Source: Tubulanus polymorphus
Taxonomy: Eukaryota > Animalia > Nemertea
Assembly: GCF_964204645.1 (NCBI RefSeq)
Contig: NC_134029.1
Coordinates: forward strand, 17,726,950-17,790,949
Length of the DNA: 64,000 nt
Direction of reading: 5' to 3'
Both the position numbers and the translations under genes were made by a program. This document shows, piece after piece, positions 37,166-49,952 of this stretch. Below the pieces are notes generated by a model. The model was given only the letters and a program-made list of their open reading frames with translations, did no database searches and was not told the origin of the DNA. The number at the start of each line of letters is the position of its first letter. Within the stretch, counting starts at the first letter, position 1.

Positions 37166-38344
37166 CACAGGCACTTGAATATGGGCTTTGATAATGAAGA
37201 AATATTTAATAATTCACCAACTTTTTTAGACCCTTTTGATATGGTTGTCATGGCAACGGACACCAATAACAAAAATGAAGAACCAGAAACTGTCCATCCT
37301 CAAGGTCACATATAACCAAATAATTTGTCTTATTTGTAAGCCCAATGGTTATCAACACCATGGTATACAATGTGCCAGTGTCAAATACATAGGTGACAAT
37401 TTCCTGAGGCCTGAAATTATACCCCAATGAAACCCCTTACATCTGGCCTTCCGACATATCATGGTAAATGAGTGGAAAAAAAATTTTTTAGTTCTATTGC
37501 TTTGAAATTTTTACTACATAAAGTAAGGATATATGGCATACAATTTCAGTTGGAATTGAATAAATCAGTGCATTTTGCTGGGAGACAAAGCAGTTTATCT
37601 GAAACTTTATCGTGAATTTTTTTCATGGCGGCCATTTTGGAGTATGTGACCTTGACCTCAAGTTGACTTATATGCAAGTTATTTATGTCTACATTGTTGG
37701 CCCAAAAGTATCAACAACATGCTATATAAATTTTCTGTGTCAGATACCTTGGTAACTATTCTATGAAGTTTCAAATATACCCCTATAAACCCCTAAATTC
37801 CCTCCGGTACAGCAGCGGAGACACTATGTGGTATTGAAAGGGTTAACTATACGTTACAGAAAGGCTGGAAACGCTCCTATCTCCGTAATGCTTAAATCTA
37901 ACCGCAATTATCGGGACAGCCGAACACTGCCGACAATTGCCGAAGTACGTTCCAAAGTGTCAATTTTAATTCTGAAATATAAGTAGCGCCCATAATTTCA
38001 ATTGTAGATGATCTTTTGGAAACATTGACACTGTTTTAGCTCCGTTAAAGATTTTAACTGGCAACAAAATTGATTTTTGAAAATTCGCGATGCCTCTTCC
38101 GGATTGCTGTGACGTCAGCTGTCCCGATATTTGCGGGTAGATTTAAGCATTACGGAGATAGGAGCGTTTCCAGCCTTTCTGTATAGTATAGTTAGACGAG
38201 GGGTGCACATTGGATCATGGGTAAAACAGTTGCATCATGGATGATTAAGATGGCAACCCCTTTGGTATTTTTATCACAGATTACGGTAAATTTTATCATT
38301 TTTACCGCACCAACAAGGACAAAGCCCATATTCAAGTGCCTGTG
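37166..38344. mobile_element. P-superfamily-like non-autonomous element containing two nested inserts
   Basis: Perfect 25-bp TIR CACAGGCACTTGAATATGGGCTTTG with 7-bp TSD GCTAAAC (37159-37165, 38345-38351). Confidence 0.85.
37844..38194. mobile_element. MITE with ~75-bp TIRs, nested in the P-like element
   Basis: TACAGAAAGGCTGGAAACGCTCCTATCTCCGTAATGCTTAAATCTA... and its reverse complement near 38118-38183. Confidence 0.8.
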
Positions 38345-38429
38345 GCTAAACATGGTTGATTATCGGTCATTAGCATTCCTCTGATCTAACCATTGGTGAA
38401 ACACTATTTGGTGTTGTAACGATATACCG

Positions 38430-38637
38430 GTATAGAGAATCCCACACAAATAAAACAAGAAAGATGAAGTCCGAAAAGTTTCCTTCAAGCTAATAATCTA
38501 TTGATTCGACGTTTTGACTATATCCTGAAGACGAATTTTAGGTTATAGTCGAAATTAAATCGATTATTAGCTTAAAGGAAAATTTTGGGACTTCATCTTT
38601 CTTGTTTTACCCGGTATCAGTGTGGGATTCTCTATAC
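38430..38637. mobile_element. Palindromic Penelope-like remnant with a decayed hammerhead core
   Basis: Arms GTATAGAGAATCCCACAC... / ...GTGTGGGATTCTCTATAC. Centre CTGAAGA...TATAGTCGAAA. Confidence 0.55.
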
Positions 38638-38762
38638 AACCTCTGATCTGTTTCACGAGGCAAGCTATGAGTGAATCAATCACCAGTTGTCCTCTTAATC
38701 GCTAGACCATACTATTGCTTTTACAATATGTATAATGGAAATCATTCGTGTTTATTTTTCAG

Positions 38763-38991
38763 ACAACAGAGATTACAGTTTCGACCTGCGCTCGAAGAAA
38801 TCCAAGCAAAATATTTCCGCGAGATGAAGAAATTCATCAGTATTCCGAATCATTTCAAAGGCGTCGGTGAATTGACAGAGAATTTGATTTTCCCCGCGAT
38901 TATCGACCGAAATGCTGATGGATTCATTACCTGCTACAAGAAAGCTGATGCACTGTTTAGAAGATTGGCAGATGTTCTGCAGAAGTTTGAA
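38763..38991 (+). CDS. DYNC2H1: DYNC2H1 exon 15
   Basis: QQRLQFRPALEEI...FISIPNHFKGV. Confidence 0.93.
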
Positions 38992-39177
38992 GTAAGATTC
39001 CTGCAGATTTCTTCGTTAACCAGAAAATCTGTTCGTTATTTACTGATGGATCATTATATCCAGTATGAAATTATTCAATTGACTTGTTTCGGATGAAATC
39101 CTTGGTTTGCTAAAACCGATGAATGTTATATCATTATATCGAGGTTTCACTGTAACATGTTCTTTGGTTTGTTGTAG

Positions 39178-39305
39178 CATTGGGTAGTTTTGGGAGGTTT
39201 GGACGTCGATGCTTTTGTTGATGAACATTTGAAAGAGCTGTCAGACTGGGAACGCAACTTCAAAGCATTGAAAGTACGGGGAAGAGATGCTGAAAAATTG
39301 CCAAA
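39178..39305 (+). CDS. DYNC2H1: DYNC2H1 exon 16
   Basis: HWVVLG...DWERNFKALKVRGRDAEKLP. Confidence 0.93.
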
Positions 39306-39520
39306 GTAAGTTTTCGGGTTTGTTTTCACTGTTCAAAAGTTAAGATTTGTTAGATTGGGCCGGCTTGTGAGTCTTGCATTCTATAAAATGAACATCTTTG
39401 GAATTGGTCCGTTGTTGTGAGTTAAGTCTAGCGAGTTAAGACTAAAATCAATTATTTCCAATTAACACATTTATTCAACCGGAGATTGAAATTAACCATT
39501 TCCCGAAGATGAATTAACCC

Positions 39521-39728
39521 ATGTGATAATTAACAAGGCGTGGATGCTGTTGTTTGCATCCCAATACCTCATAGAACCAGATTTGTATCTCAAAGTAGCT
39601 GTAAATGACCATTTCTCGAAGATGTATAAATGCATGTGATAATTAACAAGGCATGGTGCATTGGTTACTGTTGTTTGCATCCCAATTCTGATAGAACCGG
39701 ATATGTATCTCACAGTAGCTGTAAATGA
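39521..39728 (+). repeat. Two-copy intronic tandem duplication (~111-bp period)
   Basis: CATGTGATAATTAACAAGGC...GTAGCTGTAAATGA occurs at 39521 and 39632. Confidence 0.85.
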
Positions 39729-39796
39729 TACAGATTTCATAGTGTAGTGTAGAGATGCCAGTTTCTGAAATACAAACGTGTGTCTTTTATTTACAG

Positions 39797-40040
39797 TGAG
39801 ATTAAGGTGGATTGTATAACAGTGAATACTGGACCGGTGAAAGCGGTTATTGATGATCATATACAGAGGTTGTTTGATGCGTTACTCAACTCGCTGCGTC
39901 GTTCAATCACTAATGACATGCATGTCATTGATTCGTTCCTCAATACAGCCCTGGAAACATTATCGCAGAGACCGCAAACTGTTGAGGAAATCGGTGATGC
40001 CAACACTAAACATACCGAGTTCGGAAAACAGAAAAAAGAG
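39797..40040 (+). CDS. DYNC2H1: DYNC2H1 exon 17
   Basis: EIKVDCITV...RPQTVEEIG. Confidence 0.93.
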
Positions 40041-40605
40041 GTTAGTATCGATCATTCCATTTATAGCCTTCTTGGGGTAACACCCTAGTATGTTCTTGCA
40101 TGTTTTGTTACAGCAGTCAATAGCAAAATTGGAGACCATAATGTGTTCTATGATAGATAGTTTCAAGGAGTCTGTGAATTACAGTCCACCTATACATAAA
40201 TTTAGTCTTTAGAATATGATTTTTTATCCAGATTTCTCATGAAACCGGATGAATTATTTTACTCAATTAAAAATTTTGTATTCATTCTACTTGATGATCA
40301 ATGTTAGTTTGCATCTACCGGTAGATATACAATGGGCTAAGTGATTAGTACATATTGTAACCTCTAGATGGCAGGGCCAATGCACCTTATTGAACGCATT
40401 GGCTGATTTGAATGAAACCAACATAAGTCTGGTATAGAGTGTGCAAAGTACATGAAAAATGCCCTGAGCTGCAGAAAACCCCTTCTGTTTTGCAGCTATA
40501 ATTTCTTTCAGTATTTTAAGAAATATGCAAGCACTACCTGATGTAGTGAAGACGGTTTCATACGAAGGAGATAAAATTTATAATATTGGACATTTATTCT
40601 TATAG

Positions 40606-40755
40606 ATTCATCCATTGTTTAGTAAAGCAGAAACTAAGAATAAACTGTTACGGTCAGTGGCTGGTGGCGGTATTGAGATGATAGGACAGTTACAGGCAAG
40701 ATGGGATAAATTCGAACTGATGATGGAAAGCCATCAACTGATGGTTAAAGAACAG
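40606..40755 (+). CDS. DYNC2H1: DYNC2H1 exon 18
   Basis: KNKLLRSVAGGG...WDKFELMMESHQLM. Confidence 0.93.
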
Positions 40756-41036
40756 GTTTGTGCCTGAAAATGTAATGAATATAACTTATTCACTAGGAAA
40801 AAAATGCGGAAACCGTAAAAAATCATACACTTATCAGTTCGAATGTATTCAACAAATTCGTATAGTTTATGTCGTGGAATTGAATCTTTTTATGAGCAAT
40901 TCTTGAATTTCTTTATGGCCAGAACTCGGCAGTATCAAATCAATATATCTAGTGGTTTTTCTCCAAGCCTGCCATATGGAAAATTTCAGGAATCTCTTCT
41001 AGCTTTCTTTAGGAGTCTGTGTTGTAATGATTGTAG

Positions 41037-41239
41037 GTTGAGGTGATGAAGAGCAATGTTGAGTCTCGAGTGAAAGCGTTCGAACAGGAACTGGAGAAAT
41101 TTGCCGCTAGATGGCACCAGTTGAAACCAAAAGACGACGTGCTCGAAGGTGACCAGGAGAAATGTCTTCAGGCTGTTACGATGATCAAAGAAAAACATGA
41201 AGAATTTCAAGAGCTCGACAAAACAAGAGCTACTTTATT
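41037..41239 (+). CDS. DYNC2H1: DYNC2H1 exon 19
   Basis: VEVMKSNV...ARWHQLKP. Confidence 0.93.
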
Positions 41240-42190
41240 GTGAGTTCAGTCATTAAAAAGCTTTGAGGGTCCAGTATCACAAAAAAGTTTAAAGTCGAAA
41301 TTACATGTATTGGTTACTTTAGCTCGACTTAAAACCATTTTATGTTGCGAGATGCGTTGTGGGGTCATTTCACGGTCTCATTCACATAAGCATGAGAAGT
41401 CGTGAGCAACGACCTTATACAGAGAACGACGAGCTGCTACGCGGTACATCAAGCTTTTGAAAAAGCATAAAAAAATATTTGGTAAAGCAAAAAAGTGGGG
41501 CAGCTTCGGTCACCCCTGCCGCCCCTGCTCCGACGGCTCTGCACGCTGGCACACGGGAATGATAAGGGTTCCTGAATGGCTGGCAATGCGAGCAAACTGG
41601 ATGCTTTATTCTTAATGCCCATTGGTCAATTTTTAGCAAAGGCTTACTATCATGGTTCCCACAGTACAGGGAAATAGGGAAAAACCTGGGAAATTTGAAA
41701 TGATATTCCCAGTATTTGGGAATTTGAGAAATTTTACGCTAATTAGGGAAATATTTGTAAAATTCATTTACATTTCACTCATTGCATTCGCCTAAGGGAA
41801 CTTCCTTCAGCAATTTCCTTTGAAAATCACCTTTATCAACCAGTCACCATTAAAATGTTGACTGTAATATGCTCATACCTGTATATTTTTAGGAAGGCCC
41901 CATTTTCCATTCGGAAAAATTGAAAAATCACTTACCGGATATCAAAAACTAGGGAATTTTTAATTCATGTTAATGGACTATGAACTATGTAATAGCTCCA
42001 GTGCCAACCTACGACATTGTATTATCACGGAAGCAGCAAACATGTTAAACATTTTGAAATGGGCCTAGGTTCTAATTTAGTAAATTCACATTTATCTTGT
42101 CATTTTGGGTTCCCAGATCACAAAAGATTTTTTTTTCACTGATTCATTGATAAACCACGTATTTTTTCAATGCAATTCATATATTTTCAG

Positions 42191-42461
42191 GTCGGATTGT
42201 GAGCATTTCGGAATGGCAATACCGGAATTCCCGTTAGCCGACGAAACGCGCGATGATTTGAACGAATACGAATTGATGTGGAGTCAGTTCGAACAGTTTA
42301 ACACTGGATTGCAGGAACTCGCAAAAGAAGATTGGATTTCGTTCCGCAGTCGATGTTACCTGTTCGAAGAATTCTTGTCGCAGTGGTATGAAAAACTGAA
42401 AGCTGAGGAAGTTACGACGACGATGACTGTCCGTCTGCAGAAAGAGATAGACAAGTATAAG
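42191..42461 (+). CDS. DYNC2H1: DYNC2H1 exon 20
   Basis: SDCEHFG...EDWISFRSRCYLFEEFL. Confidence 0.93.
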
Positions 42462-42656
42462 GTAGAAATCTCCCCCCACTCGTTGATGAAGTTCTGCCCA
42501 GATGCCGGCCTTAAAGAAAATTTGAGCATCGATTTTAAGCCATGCATTACTAATTTTTGCATTTCAAGATTTCATCCTCGAGCAAACATCCAGCTCTACC
42601 AACCTTACCCGCAACAAAATTCATTCCAATTATAGTTAATGAATAATTGATCTTAA

Positions 42657-43239
42657 CCCTTAACTTGCCGCAGGCTACTGTAGTCGACAGCCCGATTTAA
42701 TTTACACGTATTTAAAGTTTGTTATGTCACAATCGCCTCGCAGCGCGTTGAGCCGTAGTTCTTAACGCACGCTCTTAATTGCCAATACTCGAGAATCAAA
42801 ATCAGAAGTAATTTTTCATTTTGATATTTTGAAGAATTTTGACCTCAAGTAAATTTGATATTTTGGGATTTTGATGAAGATTGTAACATTTAGACTGTAA
42901 TAAGAAGCATAATAATGGTTTTAACAATGGATATAGTAATCTATGGTGTCTCTATTTATGAATATTGACAATGTAACACAAAATATGTTTATTATGTATA
43001 TTTTCTAGGGGGTCTTTTTGCACTTGACCCCCATAAATGACCCCAACCAGTGGACCCCCTCTTTCAAAAATCGGAAGTTTAATCTTTCAGCACTTCTGTG
43101 GCTATGACTATTGCTTTGTGAAGTTTCAATGCCCTATATGCAATAGTTAAGAAGTTATGAAGATTTAATGAGTTAGTTTCATTCAAATCATCTGGCGCAC
43201 ACACAGGAGTTAAAATTAAAGCTGCTGACAGGTCAAGGG
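42657..43239. mobile_element. piggyBac-like MITE
   Basis: TTAA-CCCTTAACTTG ... CAGGTCAAGGG-TTGA. Confidence 0.6.
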
Positions 43240-43467
43240 TTGAAGCTACGGTAGCTCATTTTTTTAGACACCTAGTTTTGCTTAAAATGTACTTACTAGA
43301 AAATGAAAAGTTCTTAAGTGGCTTTTTGGAATTTTCAATTATCCAAAAAGGTGATCATGAACACTTTGTGTATACAGTAGACCTCGGGTTGTAGTGAAAG
43401 TGTTCATTTGAACTACCCAAAAGTGCATTTATATTCTCCTAAAATTGATAATCTTTCTTATTTCAAG

Positions 43468-43638
43468 GATATCTTACCTGTATTGAAATGGGTACGTGGT
43501 GAACCGTTGTCGCAGGATCACTGGCTTGAATTGTTCCGGATGCTTAAAATGCCGAAAGGTACGACACTGGAGAAACTGACCTTCAGTCACATCTTGAACT
43601 CGGCAAATGAGATCATTCGCAATGCCGAAGCCTTGAAG
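43468..43638 (+). CDS. DYNC2H1: DYNC2H1 exon 21
   Basis: LKWVRGEPLSQDHWLELFRML. Confidence 0.93.
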
Positions 43639-43899
43639 GTAGGTTGATAATCACAGTGATACAGTCAACCTTGCTTGAGTCAACATTAGAAAAGTCATCT
43701 ATATTCTTATATCCGATTAAATTTGCGCAAGTTTGAGTCGTTGGTGTGGCTATTTTACCCTTTAATTGCCATCTGGTAATTTTCATCAGCCAGTTAGTCA
43801 TCAAACTTCAGCCCACAAACATTCATCGCTCAAAGCTGTTCGACTTATTTTCTTTATCAGAGAATTTCCACTTATGTATTTATCGCTTCTCTATGAAAG

Positions 43900-44058
43900 G
43901 AATTGAATCAAAGAGCTCAAGGTGAAGTAACGATACGTGAAGCGGTACGCGAGTTGGAGATGTGGGGATCGGCTGCCGTGTTTTCACTTACCGAGTACGA
44001 GGACAGTAATAAACATGCTATGACGCTTATCAAAGACTGGAAGGATTTAGTCAATCAG
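43900..44058 (+). CDS. DYNC2H1: DYNC2H1 exon 22
   Basis: ELNQRAQGEVTIREA...LIKDWKDLVNQ. Confidence 0.93.
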
Positions 44059-44556
44059 GTTGGTGAGCTTTTCCCTTAACCCGTGTCGACTCTTTCAACA
44101 TGACCGAGCAAAGTTAAGCTAGGTCAATTCTGCCAATTCAATGTGGACGAGACCAATTCTAGGTGCAGCCATATTGATATTGACATGATGCTGTAAGTTG
44201 TGAAAAAAGAGTCACATTCCAAAAACATAATTTGACCTCTGCCTATATTATATATATATAATATATATCGCATATTATGCGCATATTATCTGGCCCCTTA
44301 AAGCGGGCCATTTTCAATATTTTGCTGGTTTCCAAATTTAATCATGTTCTTGCTGCCAAGATCGTTTATCCAATATGCTACAACATTTATCATTGACTGA
44401 TTATTATTCAGCATCCCTGATATCATATTTGGGGCGATGCTCAATTGGGCCAAACTTTATGTTATGAGGATGAATCGGCTAGCTAGTAATCAGCCATTGG
44501 CCATTGCCAGAGTTTAAAATAGCTGTATTTCATGAATGTCTAATATTTATTTGAAG

Positions 44557-44780
44557 GTTGGTGACAATCAATGTTTGCTACAATCGCTGAAAGATTCTCC
44601 GTACTATAAAAGTTTTGAGGATAAAGCATCAATTTGGGAAACGCGGCTGGCTGACTTGGACGAATACTTGCATAATCTGAATCAGATACAGCGTAAATGG
44701 GTTTACCTCGAACCAATTTTTGGACGCGGTGCTCTTCCAAAAGAACAAGGCAGATTCAAACGTGTAGATGATGACTTCAG
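44557..44780 (+). CDS. DYNC2H1: DYNC2H1 exon 23
   Basis: [17 protein letters not shown]...[18 protein letters not shown]. Confidence 0.95.
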
Positions 44781-45112
44781 GTACAGAATTATTCATGTCA
44801 AGTTTCATTCAATTCTATGTCACTAATAGCTTCCAAAGAATCCAAAGGGCTCGGTCCCATCGTTCTTAGTTTTATTTGGCTCTGAGAATTGAATTAGTTC
44901 ATCCTTAATTACTTCACTCAAGATTCAAATCTTAACTCACAAGTGCGGAACCAATAATTTCTTGGGGCAACTGCCCCCTGCCTGCAGCCCTGACTGGTCT
45001 GATGTACAACATCAAATTGTTTCATCCTGTACATTTGAGTATCCAGATATACATCAGATTATTAGTATATTTATTCAGTGTGGTCATAGACCTAATCTTT
45101 ATTTAGTGATGA

Positions 45113-45347
45113 TGAAACCCACAATTTTTTGTGATACATTTATTGAATTCAGTGTTTCAAGTCTACACTATAAGACTCGTCATCAGAGATATGTTAAGTT
45201 AAATGCTAGTTAAGATGCTAGATGGCAAGGGGAAATATCAATAACATCAATATTGAGCAAAAAGTCATTCCATTTCCCTGATGATGAGTCCTAGTGTAGA
45301 CTCAAAATATTAGATTCAAGGCATATTTTATTAGAAGTTGTGGGTTT
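45113..45347. mobile_element. Divergent pair of Penelope-like remnants with decayed hammerhead cores
   Basis: Minus strand CTGATGA-C-GAGTCT-TATAGTGT-AGACTT-GAAA (45186-45155). Plus strand CTGATGA-T-GAGTC-CTAGTGTA-GACTC-AAAA (45278-45307). Both end in TGTGGGTTT tails. Confidence 0.55.
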
Positions 45348-45405
45348 TACATGAATTTTGTTCTGAATTATTGGAATTTGAAACTTAAATTATTATCACT
45401 TCCAG

Positions 45406-45538
45406 GTCAATAATGCAGGACGTTCACCGTGACAACCGAGTATTGTCACTAGTAAATCGACCAGGATTGAGAAATCTACTTACTACAATGCTTGATCAGT
45501 TACAACGGTGTCAGAAGTCACTTAATGAATTCTTAGAG
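45406..45538 (+). CDS. DYNC2H1: DYNC2H1 exon 24
   Basis: SIMQDV...DQLQRCQKSLNEFLE. Confidence 0.93.
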
Positions 45539-46114
45539 GTATATAAACCTTTTAATGGGAAACCTGATGATTGCTGTTAAATTATGAATGAACTTAAGAT
45601 TATCAAACCTGATGGATCTTAATAGAATCCAGTGACACTAGAACACTGTCGGGAAGAATTTTGGATGATCTGAAAACCATCAAACAGACAGCTCTTTATT
45701 GTCAATATCTAGATAGAATCTTCGGTTTCTAAGCAGACAGCACATTTCATTAACCATCCCATCCTAATGCAATTGGTCACCATTTCATCTACTGTATGCC
45801 TCAGCATTAGTGTGAAAACGTAACTTTACGCACCTCCAGATTTATACCTGATTGACGAATGAAAGAATTGTGAGGAAAATTTCCACAGGTTTTAACCTCA
45901 CTGTCACATGACAGATCTCACATAGAAGTGGGTTTACCCAGTGTATTATTACCACCACCAGGGGAAGTTGAATATTGTGATTTGTTAAATATTTCAATCA
46001 ATATTGGTACTTAATCTATGTTTGTAATCGCAATCCATAGCGAAGTTGTAGATCATGACACCTTTAAATCTACAACAGTTTTAACTAGTTTGCTGATGGA
46101 TATTCATCTTTCAG

Positions 46115-46345
46115 GAGAAACGATCAGCGTTCCCGAGGTTCTATTTCATCGGCGATGACGATTTGCTGGAAATTCTCGGTCAGGCTACGAACCCGACTGT
46201 GATTCAGTCACATTTGAAGAAACTGTTCGCCGGTATTCACAGCGTTGAATTTGATGAGGGCAATCATCATATACTGGCGATGAAATCATTGGATGGTGAA
46301 GTTGTTCCGTTGAAACGTAAAGTACAGATTATACCAGAAGTAGAG
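46115..46345 (+). CDS. DYNC2H1: DYNC2H1 exon 25
   Basis: [23 protein letters not shown]. Confidence 0.95.
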
Positions 46346-46662
46346 GTTGGTATTTTGTTGACTCGGACTTTAAATAACTGTTCAACTTGAGGGATTTAAG
46401 TCTCTAGGGTGTTGGGGTGACATATTTTAGTGCCTCATACCATGTTCGTTTTGCTGACATGATTCAAACTACGAATCTTAAGGGCTTTTCTTGAAACTAG
46501 GTGTCTCAGAAGAGACAGGTGAGAGTTCTGCCCATATTGTCATTTTGTAATACCCACCAGTACTGGTAGGACTAATAACCTTAGGAGTTGAGAGGTTGTT
46601 TCCGTTATTGAAATGTTATTGTGAATGTTTGAACCGAAGAATACTTAACTATCTTTGTTTAG

Positions 46663-46785
46663 ATCTGGTTAAGTCGACTATCCGATGAAATGAAGGACAC
46701 TTTGAAGGAACTATTGAAGGAATGTCTACATGATAAGAAGGCTGGTAGCCAAGGGGGATTGGATCCCAACAAATATCCTTCACAG
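46663..46785 (+). CDS. DYNC2H1: DYNC2H1 exon 26
   Basis: IWLSRLSDEMK...YPSQ. Confidence 0.92.
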
Positions 46786-47624
46786 GTATCCAAACTCGAC
46801 GTATCGGCCCCACTCCGCGCGGTTGCGCCACCGCGCGGGATTTACGCAAAGCAGCAGAACACAAACAAGGCCACTCCCAATTTTCAATGATAGAAATCGT
46901 GTGTGCATTTCAATTATTTCGGCTGTTAGGGTTTTAAGGCACAATATAAGTTGATGATGTGATATGGCAATGTTAATTAATGATAATTCCGCAGTGAAGC
47001 TAGTCACGAACGGTGCCGATTGAGTGTACAGCTGCCAAAAACACTGAAATGTGCGTAGCTGCGTAACTATTTGCAGTGAATTGCAGACGAAACATGAAGC
47101 CTTAACGGCTTAATTTTTAGTCAGTGCGGAACATTTAGTTTTCCAACAATAATGAGGGGTGGTAGGTAGTCATGCAATTCAAGTCATCATTTATTACACG
47201 TTACTTCCGTGTTGTTGAAAATCTCGCGAGTCCTGGACCAAACCCCATTGAACAATGTTATCTGTGTGCTGGCCACAAATGCACACAGATCACACTACAC
47301 TACCCATTACACACTCCAGTACCCACAGCTTTCATATATCCATCCAAATATTTAGTGTCTTTCTTCCTGGATATATTCTAAAAATTCCCAGCTATGAACC
47401 TTAGACTATCACTACTATTTCTGAGTAGTTTCTACTCTCAAAGACCTCAATTACTCCAAACAATATCAAAATAATCTTTCAAGTCTTAAGAAAAAACAAT
47501 TTGAACCACATTAACTATTTTGTACAGGTATCTCATGTCATGTACATGTTATCATAGTATTAATTACCGTATAGAAATCATATATTCAAAGACTTTGTGA
47601 AGCAAGTGCCAATATTCACAATAG

Positions 47625-47850
47625 TATGATCAGCGACATTTATAAATTGGTATTAGACTAAATTTCCAACTCTGCCAGGCCGATATCCCTCAGGATGTCC
47701 AAGCGATGTTTAAGCTACAATTCTACGCAGAGAAGTGATCCTGCTGGCCAGATACACCATCGTTTCTGGATGGTGAGCGGCAAAGGGCAGAAGTGTCTTG
47801 CTGTCTTGTCTGATGACACTTCATTGCAGGGTCACATCCTATGGTCAACC
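47625..47850 (-). mobile_element. Highly decayed LINE pre-RT fragment (tentative)
   Basis: Minus-strand translation shows SPSRNDGVS and WKFSLIPIYK, resembling the SPGPDG and WK..IPIxK motifs. Contains stops. Confidence 0.4.
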
Positions 47851-47922
47851 GTGTAACTACTTGTCTACACCATTCTTCAATTTTGAGAAAATATTTCTAC
47901 GGATATTTGTATCTTCCGACAG

Positions 47923-48188
47923 ATTTTATGTCTGGCAGAGCAGATTGAATTCACAGAACGCTGCGAAGAAGCAATCCGTTTGAATCGTTTGCAAGAATTC
48001 AAAATTGAAATGGAAAATCAGCTGGAATCGTACACAAACGTTGACTTATCGGGAGGAGACACACGAGTTCTCGAACTGAAGCTGAAAGCTTTGATACTGG
48101 ATACTATTCATGCGATGGATATCGTAACATTGTTGATCGAGTTTAAAGTCGGTAATGTCGATGATTGGATCTGGCAGAAACAGCTAAG
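47923..48188 (+). CDS. DYNC2H1: DYNC2H1 exon 27
   Basis: ILCLAEQIEFT...LKLKALILD...WQKQLR. Confidence 0.94.
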
Positions 48189-48662
48189 GTAGGCTTTACA
48201 TGTGAAGCGGGTACATGGAAAACCTGATTAAGCTACATTGAAAAGAAAAAGAAAGGTTTACTCGAGGCCTAAGTTCACTTAAAAGTTCAACTCTTAATTC
48301 AATTTCTACATTAGTTCTATTTATCATTTAGCGTTTCAAGAGTTTTTCCTTTTTGCAAAACCTGGTCCAAGACTCAATTTTCTAAGGCACTGTTACCCTA
48401 TTCGACAAATTAACTTGACTTTATTGTACATTTATGATAAGAACAAAATGAACGATATTGTGAGAATCATTCAGTTTTGAGCAAATTGAAAGACCTTAAT
48501 GAAAATTTGACCAGGATTTATCCTTGTAACTCTGGTTGTGTCAAAAAGCAAAATACGAATGTAAAACCGATAGCAAGATATGCTGATAATGTAATTGGCT
48601 ACTGTATATCACTAGGGTTGAGGTTAGGGCTTAATAGAGACGGTCGTCTATATTTGTTGCAG

Positions 48663-48799
48663 ATTTGAATCCAAATCAGGACAGTGCGTAATGAAGATGG
48701 TGGATGCTGAATTCAACTACACTTACGAATACCAAGGAAATGCTCCTAAACTTGTACACACACCTCTTACCGATAAATGTTATCTCACCCTTACCCAAG
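48663..48799 (+). CDS. DYNC2H1: DYNC2H1 exon 28
   Basis: [27 protein letters not shown]. Confidence 0.95.
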
Positions 48800-49131
48800 G
48801 TTTGTATTGCAATGGTGTTTAAGGGATTATTTCTAGGGCCAATGAAAAAGCCATTAGAATATCAAAGGGGTTGTGTGATATGCGCCATATACATGTACTG
48901 ACAACAAAAGTTTTGAGATTTATGATACCCAATGCGCAATTTTCCAGCCTTTCAGAATCAGATCCTATTCCCTTAGCTTTTGGTGGTAAAAGTCAATTAA
49001 TTTTCTACTCTGGTTTTGATGTGTTATCCCTTTGTTATTGAATGAAGTACTTTTTTGATGAGAATGAATCCTTTAAGAATAAACTGTACTTATTTGGTCA
49101 ACTTGATTTAAGAATTTCCATTGCATCCTAA

Positions 49132-49350
<219 letters not shown>

Positions 49351-49769
49351 TGATACACTGGATGATCGCTGGGTGGCTATCGATGCTGGGCTAGGAAACC
49401 ATTTAAAGTCAAATTCAGAGTCTTTGAATGTTGTGACTTGGTCGCCATTTCACTATTTTTCAGACTGAATTCATATATTGTTAAAATCAATTGTGTTACA
49501 AGAAAGTGACAATATTTTTATTGATAGCCTTTAAAATGAATCATAGCATGAAGCCATGTTTTGATTTTTTAATTGGGGTTGGCTCAGAGAATATCCAAAT
49601 CGGGGCATTCAAAGCTATTTTAGTTCTATAGTGGTGGTTACAAGTAGATTGGCATCAACGAAAAATGTCCATCATGGAAACTGTTTTCAGGGGTTTTGAA
49701 TGTTATTATGCAATTTGTTTATAACTCGTGAGTCATATAGAATCTACATTTATGTACATGTATTTATAG

Positions 49770-49952
49770 GGTATAGACGTGAAATCGATGGGTCGTATAT
49801 TCATTGGATTAGTGAAGTGTGGAGCGTGGGGTTGTTTCGATGAGTTTAATCGACTTGAGGAGGCTGTGTTATCCGCTGTATCTATGCAGATTCAGGTTAT
49901 TCAAGACGCCATCAAACAGAAAGCACCAACTGCAGAATTACTCGGTAGAAAT
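49770..49952 (+). CDS. DYNC2H1: DYNC2H1 exon 30 (AAA1 Walker B)
   Basis: [12 protein letters not shown]. Confidence 0.97.

Noticed and set aside
47690-47840. Minus-strand GGATGT...ACATCC suggesting 7SK RNA
   Set aside because: It lacks the paired GATC hairpin and the expected length, and it translates instead to LINE-like motifs.
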